Source: an uncultured Gemmatimonadales bacterium
GTDB lineage: Bacteria; Gemmatimonadota; Gemmatimonadetes; Longimicrobiales; RSA9
DNA: 64,000 nt
Direction of reading: 5' to 3'
NCBI GenBank assembly: GCA_963798855.1
Contig: CAWCUU010000001.1
Location: 629,689 to 693,688, forward strand
The position numbers and the translations under genes were made by a program. Under the pieces are notes generated by a model. The model saw nothing but the letters and a program-made list of their open reading frames with translations, searched no databases and had not been told where the DNA came from. Shown here in pieces: positions 7,630 to 15,364 of the stretch. Position 1 is the first letter of the stretch; every line of letters begins with the position of its first letter.

Positions 7630-9099
7630 ATGGGTATGAAAGAGATGCGGAGGCTCGCGAGAGCGACCCCGGCGCTCCTTGTGGCGGCGCTCCTCGCCGG
7701 CTGTCTGGGCGAGAAGGTCGTCTACAAGGACCGGGACCTCTTCACGACGCCTCCGCCGGCGGCGGAGAAGTTCGTCGGCTATACGGATGTTTCGACGAAG
7801 CTGGCGGTCTGCGGGAACTGTCACGTGGACCATCAGGGGAAGTGGCAGGAGACGAAGCACGCGGAAGCGTGGGCCGATCTCGAGGCGAGCGGCCACGCGA
7901 ACGATTCGTGTCGCGCCTGCCACACGGTGAACGGGAACGGCAACGCCGCGGACAACCCGGCGGGCTGGGTTGCCGTGCAGGATGAGCGTTATCAGGACGT
8001 GCAGTGCGAGAGCTGCCACGGTGCCGGGCTCGATCACGTGAGCAACCCCGAGTCGGGTGTGCCGCTCGCCCCGATGTCGGTCGGTCTGGACCTGACGACG
8101 GGGTGTGGGGAGTGCCACAACGGGACGCACCATCCGTTCGTCGAGGAGTGGGCGCAGTCGGCTCACGGCGCGGTGCCGAACCAGGGACACACAGGGGACA
8201 ACCCGTCGTGCCAGGGGTGTCACACGGGTGAGGGGGCGCTCGCGGCGTGGGGTATCGAGACGAACTACCTCGAGAAGGATCAGCTCGGCGAGGGCAACCA
8301 CCTCGCGATCACGTGCGCGATCTGCCACGATCCGCACGAGCTGCATCAGGGCGTGGATCACCAGCTCCGCTTCTCGGTGGAGACGCCGAGCGTGGAGGAG
8401 AACCTGTGCATGAAGTGCCACCACAAGCGCGGCGTGCCGGATCCGACGACGTTCCGTGGGGCGCACTCGCCGGAGGGTCCGGTGCTGCTGGGCGAGGCGG
8501 GGTGGATTCCGCCGGGCACGGTCTTCCCCGGTGGCAAGATCGTGGCGACGCACGGCTCCGAGGCGAATCCGAAGCTGTGTGCCGGCTGCCATGTGAACCG
8601 GTTCGAGGTGACCGATCCGGAGACGGGGTCCTTCGCCTTCCAGGCGACGGGGCACCTGTTCACGGCGATCCCCTGCCTCGATCCGGACACGGGTCTGCCG
8701 ACGACGGGTGACTGCCCGGTCGAGGATCGCAGCTTCGAGGCGTGCACGGCCAGCGGCTGTCACGGCAATCAGGATGTCGCGCGCTCGCTGATGGCGACGG
8801 CGGAGACGCGTATCGATGACCTGGCGAACCAGCTGGACGCGATGCTCGAGCAGCTGCAGCCCGGCTGGAAGACCTGCCGTGCGGCTGCCGGGGGCTGCGG
8901 CCCGTTCGTGATCGACAGCGTCTACACGACCGCCGAGGGCGCCGGGTTCAACTACGACCTGGCCGAGTACCCTGGGTCGGCGATCCACAATCCGTTCCTG
9001 ATGGAGGCGCTGCTGACCGCGAGCATCAAGCAGGTCACGAAGGACTATGGCGTGCCCGCTGGAAACATCGTGCTCGAGAACCTGCTGCAGAGCCACTGA
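7630..9099 (+). CDS. Multihaem c-type cytochrome lipoprotein (8 CxxCH plus one CxxxxCH)
   Basis: Signal peptide with lipobox LLAGC. Haem motifs CGNCH, CRACH, CESCH, CGECH, CQGCH, CAICH, CMKCH and CAGCH, plus CTASGCH. GGAGGG Shine-Dalgarno 4 nt before the ATG at 7630 (ATG at 7636 is also possible; the track ORF starts at GTG 7591). Confidence 0.9.
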   Translation: MGMKEMRRLARATPALLVAALLAGCLGEKVVYKDRDLFTTPPPAAEKFVGYTDVSTKLAVCGNCHVDHQGKWQETKHAEAWADLEASGHANDSCRACHTVNGNGNAADNPAGWVAVQDERYQDVQCESCHGAGLDHVSNPESGVPLAPMSVGLDLTTGCGECHNGTHHPFVEEWAQSAHGAVPNQGHTGDNPSCQGCHTGEGALAAWGIETNYLEKDQLGEGNHLAITCAICHDPHELHQGVDHQLRFSVETPSVEENLCMKCHHKRGVPDPTTFRGAHSPEGPVLLGEAGWIPPGTVFPGGKIVATHGSEANPKLCAGCHVNRFEVTDPETGSFAFQATGHLFTAIPCLDPDTGLPTTGDCPVEDRSFEACTASGCHGNQDVARSLMATAETRIDDLANQLDAMLEQLQPGWKTCRAAAGGCGPFVIDSVYTTAEGAGFNYDLAEYPGSAIHNPFLMEALLTASIKQVTKDYGVPAGNIVLENLLQSH

Positions 9100-9133
9100 C
9101 GGAACGGGATTTCCGGATCTGCGCAGGTGAATC

Positions 9134-10690
9134 GTGAACATCGGGATGAACCTCTTCGCCATGGCCACCGTCGCGTTCGCGGCGGTGGCCATGGCATTCG
9201 TTCGCCGCTCGCCGCGGTCGCCTGACCGTCGGCGTTTCGGCCGCCTGATCCTCGCCGTGCTGCTCGCGGCCGCACCCGCCGCGCTGGCGGGGCAGGGGGT
9301 GCGGGGTCAGGCGCTGACGCTGGCCCGCTACGTCTCCGTACGGCCGATGCGTCCCGACACCGTGGCTCGCGCGAGCGTCACGGAGGACGCGGACGGCAAC
9401 GTCTCCTATCAGGGCGTGCCCGCTACCTGCTTCAGCGAGACGCAGTGCGTCGTGTATCTCGCCGATCCGACCGAGCATTCGCTTTCTCTGAGCCAGGACC
9501 TCAGCGCCACCGCGTGGGGCTTCGGCGTACGCGGGCTGAGCGTGACGGCGCTGCTGCGAGCGCGCGCCGATCTGGGCGGGGACTACACCTGGCCGCGGAG
9601 CGACGACGCGTTCGATGCGATCCTCGCCTACGCCGAGCTCGCGCGTGGCGTCTACCGCTTTCGCGTGGGACGCCAGCAGACGCTGTCGGGTCTCGGCTTC
9701 TCCGGATTCGACGGGATCAGCGCGCTCGTGGACCCGATCCCCGGCCTTCGCATCGAGGCCTACGGCGGACGCAGCCTGGCCCGCGGACTCTCCGAGCCCG
9801 CGAACGAGGCGCTCCAGGGGATCGAGGACTTCGTGCCCGATCGAAGCGCGTATCTCCTGGGAGGCGTCGTGGAGCTGCGACCGGAGCTGCCGGTCGGCGC
9901 CTCCGCGCGGTATCAGCGGGAGATCTGGTCGGACCGTTCCGCGCTGCTTTCGGAGCGCGCATCGTTCGACGCGTGGGTCGAGCTGCCCGCGAACGTGATG
10001 CTGACCGGCAACCTGGACTACGACTTCGGCTTCAGCCGGATCGGCAAGTCCCGCGTCTCGCTGCGCGTGCCGGTGGCGGGACGGCTCGGCGTGGACGCCA
10101 CGTTCCGGCGTTACCTGCCCTATTTCGATCTCTGGACGATCTGGGGCTTCTTCAGCCCGGTCGGCTACAATGAGGCCGAGATCAGCGTGACGTACCGCGT
10201 CTTGCCGGCTCTAGGGGTCTGGGGCTCCGCGGCCTTGCGCGCCTACGAGGACGCGGAGGCGCCCATCGTGCTCGAGCCGCTGCAGGACCATTCGCATCGC
10301 TTCGCACTCGGCACGCGCTGGAGCCCGTCACCCGGCTGGGACGTCGACGCGAGCTATCGGCAGGAGCGCGGCTTCGGCGCGACGCTCTCGAACGGTGAGG
10401 CTTCGCTCCGCTGGTCGCCGCGCGAGCGGACCAGCGTGAGCGCGTACGGCACCGCGTTCCAGCAGATCGAGGAGTTCCGCGTCGGCGAAGGCGCCGTTCT
10501 CGGGGCCGGGCTGTCGGCCACGCTTCCGCTGCCCCGGGGCGCATCGCTCGATGGCGGCGCCTCCCTCTACCGCAACCGGTACACGAACCGGCCCGGTGCG
10601 ACCGACTGGAACCAGACGCGCGGCTGGCTGGGGCTCACGGTGCCGATCGGCAGCGATCCGGGCATGGCGGCCGAGGTGGGCCGGCGATGA
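9134..10690 (+). CDS. Predicted outer-membrane beta-barrel protein (porin-like), no haem motifs
   Basis: Sec-type signal RRRFGRLILAVLLAAAPAALAGQ (the true start may be the ATG at 9191). Many alternating hydrophobic/polar beta-strand-like segments rich in Y/R/G/D, e.g. YRFRVGRQQTLSG, LRIEAYGGRS, DAWVELPANVMLTGNLDYDF, RFALGTRWSP, VDASYRQERGFG, EASLRWSP. The stop overlaps the start of the next gene (ATGA). Confidence 0.55.
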   Translation: MNIGMNLFAMATVAFAAVAMAFVRRSPRSPDRRRFGRLILAVLLAAAPAALAGQGVRGQALTLARYVSVRPMRPDTVARASVTEDADGNVSYQGVPATCFSETQCVVYLADPTEHSLSLSQDLSATAWGFGVRGLSVTALLRARADLGGDYTWPRSDDAFDAILAYAELARGVYRFRVGRQQTLSGLGFSGFDGISALVDPIPGLRIEAYGGRSLARGLSEPANEALQGIEDFVPDRSAYLLGGVVELRPELPVGASARYQREIWSDRSALLSERASFDAWVELPANVMLTGNLDYDFGFSRIGKSRVSLRVPVAGRLGVDATFRRYLPYFDLWTIWGFFSPVGYNEAEISVTYRVLPALGVWGSAALRAYEDAEAPIVLEPLQDHSHRFALGTRWSPSPGWDVDASYRQERGFGATLSNGEASLRWSPRERTSVSAYGTAFQQIEEFRVGEGAVLGAGLSATLPLPRGASLDGGASLYRNRYTNRPGATDWNQTRGWLGLTVPIGSDPGMAAEVGRR

Positions 10691-12207
10691 GACGTCCCAC
10701 GCTGAGCCGGACCGTGCTGCTACGTGGCGCCGCGGCGCTGCTCGCGCTCGCGCTGCTCGCCGGCGCCGCGGTGACGAGTCGCGTGATCGGATTGGACCTC
10801 GATCGGCGGCAGGGCTTCCCGCACGAGCGCCACGCGCGGCTGTTCCCCGTCTGCACCGGCTGCCACGAAGGTATCGAGTCGGGCGATTCGGCGAGCTTCT
10901 TTCCCTCTCCGCAGATGTGTGCGAGCTGCCACGACGGTGAGAATCAGGAGAGGGTCGCGTGGAGCGGACCGGAAGCGCGTCCGAGCAACCTTCGCTTCAC
11001 GCACCCGCGGCACATGGCCGGGCTGCGGGACACGACTCTGCAGTGCCAGTCGTGCCACACCGAGTCCGGGGCCGGCCGGATGGATGTGCGGCGCGTCGTC
11101 GTGGGGCAGTGCCTCTCCTGCCATCAGCACCGCGCGACGAGCCATTACCTGGATGCGAAGTGCGAGACCTGTCACGTGCCCCTGGCCCGGACCGCGTTCT
11201 CGGCGGAGCGGATACTGACACTTCCCGAGCCGTCCGACCACGAGGCGCAGGATTTCCTGACGAAGGGGCACGGGGAGGAGGCCCATTCCGGCACCGCCCG
11301 CTGCGCGACCTGCCACACGCGGGAGAGGTGCGCGAGCTGTCACGTGAACGCGTCGACGAACCAGGCGATCGCGCGAATGCCGGCCGCTGCGCCGGGGCTG
11401 GAGCTGCCCACCTTCCCTGTCCACTACCCGGTGCCGCCGTCGCACACGAAGCCGGACTGGCTGCGCCGTCACGGCGCGAAGGCCGGCGTGGCGGAGTGCA
11501 GTACCTGTCACGCCAGAGAAGACTGCCAGACCTGCCATTGGGAGAATGCGCCCTCCCTGGTTACCGCGTTGCCGTCGAGGGCCCACACGAGCGCCCCCGG
11601 AGTGATGCTGTCCAGGACTCCGCCCGCGAGCCACGCCGCCCCGACCTGGGGCACCGAGCACGGCACGCTGGCCGCCGCGAGCACGGCGAGCTGCACCACG
11701 TGCCACACCCGACTCTTCTGCGCCGATTGCCACGACGCGGCACAGATCGCACAGAATCGGGTCGGCGGCACGGCCGGCGCCTTCGATGCGAGCACGACTC
11801 CGCGGGCCGCGGAGCGCGCCCGGTTCCATTCGCCCGACTTCATGGCGCGCCACGCCTCGGAGGCGTGGGGCCGGCGGCTCGAATGCTCGAACTGCCACCA
11901 GGTCGCGGTCTTCTGTCGGGACTGCCACCAGCAGGAGGGGATGGGCACGGAGGGCCGGCTGGGCGGCGCCTTCCACGACGCGCAGCCGCTCTGGCTGCTG
12001 CGCCACGGGCAGGCTGCACGACAGGGGCTGGAAAGCTGCACGAGCTGTCACAAGCAGCGCGACTGCCTGCAGTGCCACTCGACTCTGGGAGCGTTCAAGG
12101 TCAATCCACACGGCCGGAGCTTCGATCCGGGCCGTGCCCAGAAAAAGAACCCCGTGATATGTTACGCCTGTCACGCAACCGATCCTCTTGCCGGGAGAAC
12201 CCCGTGA
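10687..12207 (+). CDS. 16-haem c-type cytochrome (paired-CxxCH modules), secreted or membrane-anchored
   Basis: 16 CxxCH motifs counted by eye, mostly as doublets such as CATCHTRERCASCH, CSTCHAREDCQTCH, CTTCHTRLFCADCH, CSNCHQVAVFCRDCH and CTSCHKQRDCLQCH. N-terminal hydrophobic signal/anchor LLRGAAALLALALLAGAAV. Confidence 0.92.
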   Translation: MRRPTLSRTVLLRGAAALLALALLAGAAVTSRVIGLDLDRRQGFPHERHARLFPVCTGCHEGIESGDSASFFPSPQMCASCHDGENQERVAWSGPEARPSNLRFTHPRHMAGLRDTTLQCQSCHTESGAGRMDVRRVVVGQCLSCHQHRATSHYLDAKCETCHVPLARTAFSAERILTLPEPSDHEAQDFLTKGHGEEAHSGTARCATCHTRERCASCHVNASTNQAIARMPAAAPGLELPTFPVHYPVPPSHTKPDWLRRHGAKAGVAECSTCHAREDCQTCHWENAPSLVTALPSRAHTSAPGVMLSRTPPASHAAPTWGTEHGTLAAASTASCTTCHTRLFCADCHDAAQIAQNRVGGTAGAFDASTTPRAAERARFHSPDFMARHASEAWGRRLECSNCHQVAVFCRDCHQQEGMGTEGRLGGAFHDAQPLWLLRHGQAARQGLESCTSCHKQRDCLQCHSTLGAFKVNPHGRSFDPGRAQKKNPVICYACHATDPLAGRTP

Positions 12208-12593
12208 TCGTGTTACGCCGTACCGCCATTGCGGTGGGCCTCGTCGCCATGCTCGCCGCCTGTGGCGGCGATAGCTCCGAGAACGCACCCACCCTGGGGA
12301 CCTCCACGGCCGGTGGCCCGAATCCGGCGCGCGAGCAGATACCGCCGGAGGTCGGGTTGCAGCTCGACAGCGGCAACCTGGCATTCCGCGACCACGAGTA
12401 CGAGGCGGCCCTCCGCTACTATGAAAAGGCGAACGAGCTCAGCCCGCACATCACGGCGACCTGGTTCGGAATCTCCATGGCAAAGCGCGCCCTCGGCGAT
12501 ACGGCGGCGGCCGACTCGGCGATGATGATGGCGCAGCGTCTCGCCCCCGGGATGAATCTGGCTCACCCGACGGCGCCGGACAGCGGGATGTGA
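12204..12593 (+). CDS. Small TPR-containing lipoprotein
   Basis: GTG at 12204 overlaps the cytochrome stop (GTGA). Lipobox VAMLAACGG. TPR-like GNLAFRDHEYEAALRYYEKANELSPHITATWFGISMAKRALGD. The track shows it only as the tail of ORF 10959..12593. Confidence 0.6.
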   Translation: MIVLRRTAIAVGLVAMLAACGGDSSENAPTLGTSTAGGPNPAREQIPPEVGLQLDSGNLAFRDHEYEAALRYYEKANELSPHITATWFGISMAKRALGDTAAADSAMMMAQRLAPGMNLAHPTAPDSGM

Positions 12594-12615
12594 GAGGGAG
12601 CTGATCCCTTCGACT

Positions 12616-13071
12616 CTAGCTCGCTTCGCGGCCGGTCGACTCCTGCACGGCGATGCGGAAGATGATGTTGCGGTGCGGCGTCGGGTCCTTCTCGCCGAGC
12701 GCATCCGGTATCAGCTTGCGGAGCCGCTCGACCGCACTCTGCCACTTCTCGAGGTCGGAGGGACGCTCGTCCGGATCGAGAACGTAGAAAGCGCCGTGGA
12801 CCACGACACTGCGCCAGCGGAACAGCGCCTCCACTTCGTCCACCTCGAACGCGACCCATCGGTTGTGGCTCAGGAGCTCGGTCTTCTCGCCGGGCGAGGT
12901 TCGACCGTAGATCCAGCCGTCGGCGTAGACGTAATGGACGGGCACGATGCCGATCCGGGTGCCGTGCCCGAAGGCCAGCCGGCCGACGTGGTTGCGGCGA
13001 AGGACTTCCTCGATCTCCTCCGCTCCCAGCTCCCGCACGTCGGCGGCGGAATCGGAAGGCTGAGCGCTCAT
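12616..13071 (-). CDS. Pyridoxamine 5'-phosphate oxidase-like FMN-binding protein
   Basis: Start at the ATG at 13071, preceded by GGAGGCC. LRRNHVGRLAFG...PVHYVYADGWIYGRTSPGEKTELL...VAFEVDEV...WRSVVVHG is the typical PNPOx-like split-barrel pattern. Confidence 0.7.
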   Translation of the reverse strand: MSAQPSDSAADVRELGAEEIEEVLRRNHVGRLAFGHGTRIGIVPVHYVYADGWIYGRTSPGEKTELLSHNRWVAFEVDEVEALFRWRSVVVHGAFYVLDPDERPSDLEKWQSAVERLRKLIPDALGEKDPTPHRNIIFRIAVQESTGREAS

Positions 13072-13244
13072 ATGGCCTCCTCTGTGTTCGGCTCCAACAT
13101 GCCGCCGCCGAGGCGACGCCGGCGTCGGGGAGAGCGCGTGACCTGCGTCCGGCCTCGCCCCACACCGCGCGCGGCGACCCGACAGCTCGCGGGCCGCGCC
13201 GCATTCCCGCTGACACGATAAGGCGAGCGTGTCCGGGAGGCACG

Positions 13245-15125
13245 ATGCGCACCATGCCAGCTCAGCAAGCCCGTGATCGCGCCCCGCGTCGCCTCGCATT
13301 CCTGAGGCCCGCGGGGACGCTGCTCTTCATCGCTGCCGGCGGCGTCCTGTACCTCTTCGTGGCCGCGCCCCGCGCTGCCGACCTCGTCTGGCTGATCGGT
13401 CTCCTCCTGACCGGAGTACCGGTGGTCGTCGGGACGCTGCTCGGCGCGCTGCGCGGACGCTTCGCGGCCGACCTGGTGGCGAGCCTGGCGGTGGCGACGG
13501 CGATCGTATTGAACGAGCCGCTCGCCGGTCTCGTGATCGTTCTGATGCAGACCGGCGGCGAGGCCCTCGAGCGGTACGCGGAGGGACGCGCCTCGGCGGC
13601 CGTTCGCGAGCTCGAGGCCGCGGCGCCGCGCGGCGCGCACCGGCGGGTCGGCAGCCGCATCGCGGACATCTCGGCGGAGGAGATCCGAGTCGGCGATGAC
13701 CTCCTCGTGCGCCCCGGCGAGCTGATCCCCGCAGACGGCATGGTCGTGGAGGGGCGATCGCACGTGGATGTCTCCCGCCTGACGGGCGAGCCGCTGCCGG
13801 TCGTGGCGGAGGCCGGCACGCCGCTCATGAGCGGAAGCGTGAACGGGGAAGGGCCGATCGTCGTGCGTGCCCGCGCCGTGGCCGGCGAGAGCCAGTATGC
13901 ACGCATCGTCGAGCTTGTGCGGAACGCGCAGGCGACCCGCGCCCCCATTCACCGGCTGGCCGACCGCTACGCCGTGGTGTTCACCCCGATCACGCTCGCC
14001 GTTTGCGTCGCCGCTTATCTCGCGACCCGCGACCCGGTTCGAATCCTGGCGGTCCTCGTCGTCGCGACGCCGTGCCCGCTGATCCTCGCCACGCCCGTCG
14101 CGATCATCGGCGGCATCGGCAGCGCCGCCCGACGCCAGATCATCTTCCGCACCGGTGCAGCGCTCGAGCAGCTCGCGCGCGTGCGCGTGGCCGTGTTCGA
14201 CAAGACCGGGACGTTGACGGTCGGCATTCCCCGCGTGCGCCACGTGCTCGCCCTGCCGCCGTTCTCGGAGGCCGAGCTGCTGCGCCTGTCCGGAGCCGTG
14301 GAGCAGGGTTCCAGTCACGTGCTCGCCCGAAGCGTGGTGGAGGCGGCCCAGCTGACCGCCCCGGAGCTGCCGCCCGCCCGCAATGTGCGCGAGGATCCCG
14401 GTCGCGGAATACGGGGCGAAGTGGAGGGCCGGAGGGTCTCCATTGGTTCCCTCGGCTTCGTCGCCGCCGATGCACCCGCCGCCACGGAGCGCTTCCAGCG
14501 CGAAGGGGCGGACGGCGATGGCCTCCGCGCGTTCATCGTCGTGGACCGCCGCCCCGCCGGCGTGCTCGAGTTCGCCGACGCCGTGCGCCCCGGGCTCGAC
14601 CACTTCTTCGAGGCACTCTCCCGTCTCGGTGTCCACCGGACGCTGTTGCTCTCGGGCGATCACGAGATCGAGACGCGGGCCGTGGCCGACCGCCTCGGTA
14701 TCCGCGAGATGCGCGGTGACCTTCTACCTGAAGACAAGGTTCAGATCGTCCGCTCCCTCGTCGCCGCTGGAGACGCGGTCCTGATGGTCGGCGACGGCAC
14801 CAACGACGCGCCCGCGCTCAGCGCCGCCACCGTGGGCATCGCGCTCGCCGGGCGCGGCGGCGGCATCACCGCGGAGGCCGCCGACGCCGTCGTCCTCGTC
14901 GACGACCTGACCCGGATCGTCGATGCCGCCCGCATCAGCCGTCGCACCATGCGCATCGCACGCGAGAGCATCTGGGTCGGCCTCGGCCTCAGCGGCCTGG
15001 CGATGGGCTTCGCTGCGGCCGGGATGATCGCGCCCACCATCGGCGCGCTACTCCAGGAGGCAATCGACGTGGCCGTCATCCTGAACGCCCTGCGCGCCAG
15101 CCGCCGCCTCCGCCCCGCACTCTAA
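13245..15125 (+). CDS. P1B-type heavy-metal ATPase without an N-terminal metal-binding domain; transmembrane motif TPC(P)
   Basis: DKTGTLT phosphorylation site, TGEP, GDGTNDAPAL, VATPCPLILATP in place of the usual CPC helix. 626 aa. Confidence 0.92.
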   Translation: MRTMPAQQARDRAPRRLAFLRPAGTLLFIAAGGVLYLFVAAPRAADLVWLIGLLLTGVPVVVGTLLGALRGRFAADLVASLAVATAIVLNEPLAGLVIVLMQTGGEALERYAEGRASAAVRELEAAAPRGAHRRVGSRIADISAEEIRVGDDLLVRPGELIPADGMVVEGRSHVDVSRLTGEPLPVVAEAGTPLMSGSVNGEGPIVVRARAVAGESQYARIVELVRNAQATRAPIHRLADRYAVVFTPITLAVCVAAYLATRDPVRILAVLVVATPCPLILATPVAIIGGIGSAARRQIIFRTGAALEQLARVRVAVFDKTGTLTVGIPRVRHVLALPPFSEAELLRLSGAVEQGSSHVLARSVVEAAQLTAPELPPARNVREDPGRGIRGEVEGRRVSIGSLGFVAADAPAATERFQREGADGDGLRAFIVVDRRPAGVLEFADAVRPGLDHFFEALSRLGVHRTLLLSGDHEIETRAVADRLGIREMRGDLLPEDKVQIVRSLVAAGDAVLMVGDGTNDAPALSAATVGIALAGRGGGITAEAADAVVLVDDLTRIVDAARISRRTMRIARESIWVGLGLSGLAMGFAAAGMIAPTIGALLQEAIDVAVILNALRASRRLRPAL

Positions 15126-15129
15126 CCCC

Positions 15130-15335
15130 CGCCCAGCCGAAGGCCGGCGCTCCCGGCGCAGCCGCGCCCGGCCGCAAGGCCGCGCCCCGGCGAAGCCGGC
15201 CCCGGCCGCAAGGCCGCGCCCCGGCGAAGCCGGCCCCGGCCGCAAGGCCGCGCCCGGCGAAAGCCGCGCCCGGCGAGAGCCGCGCCCGGCCGTAAAGGCC
15301 GCGCCCGGCCGCAGTGGCCTGCGGCCGCTACGGCG
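15130..15335 (+). repeat. Tandem array of ~12 GC mini-hairpins (same family as 7160-7380) immediately after the ATPase stop
   Basis: GGCC-GCAA-GGCC alternates with CCGGC-GAA-GCCGG (three rounds), then CGGC-GAAA-GCCG, CGGC-GAGA-GCCG, GGCC-GTAAA-GGCC and GGCC-GCAGT-GGCC. GCGCCC spacers. Confidence 0.85.
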
Positions 15336-15364
15336 CGTATTCTGCCCATCGCCATGGTTTGCCT

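Noticed and set aside
14030-14046. tRNA T-arm-like string GGTTCGAATCC.
   Set aside because: It lies in-frame inside the P-type ATPase CDS (…TRDPVRILAVL…). No acceptor, D or anticodon arms can be drawn around it.
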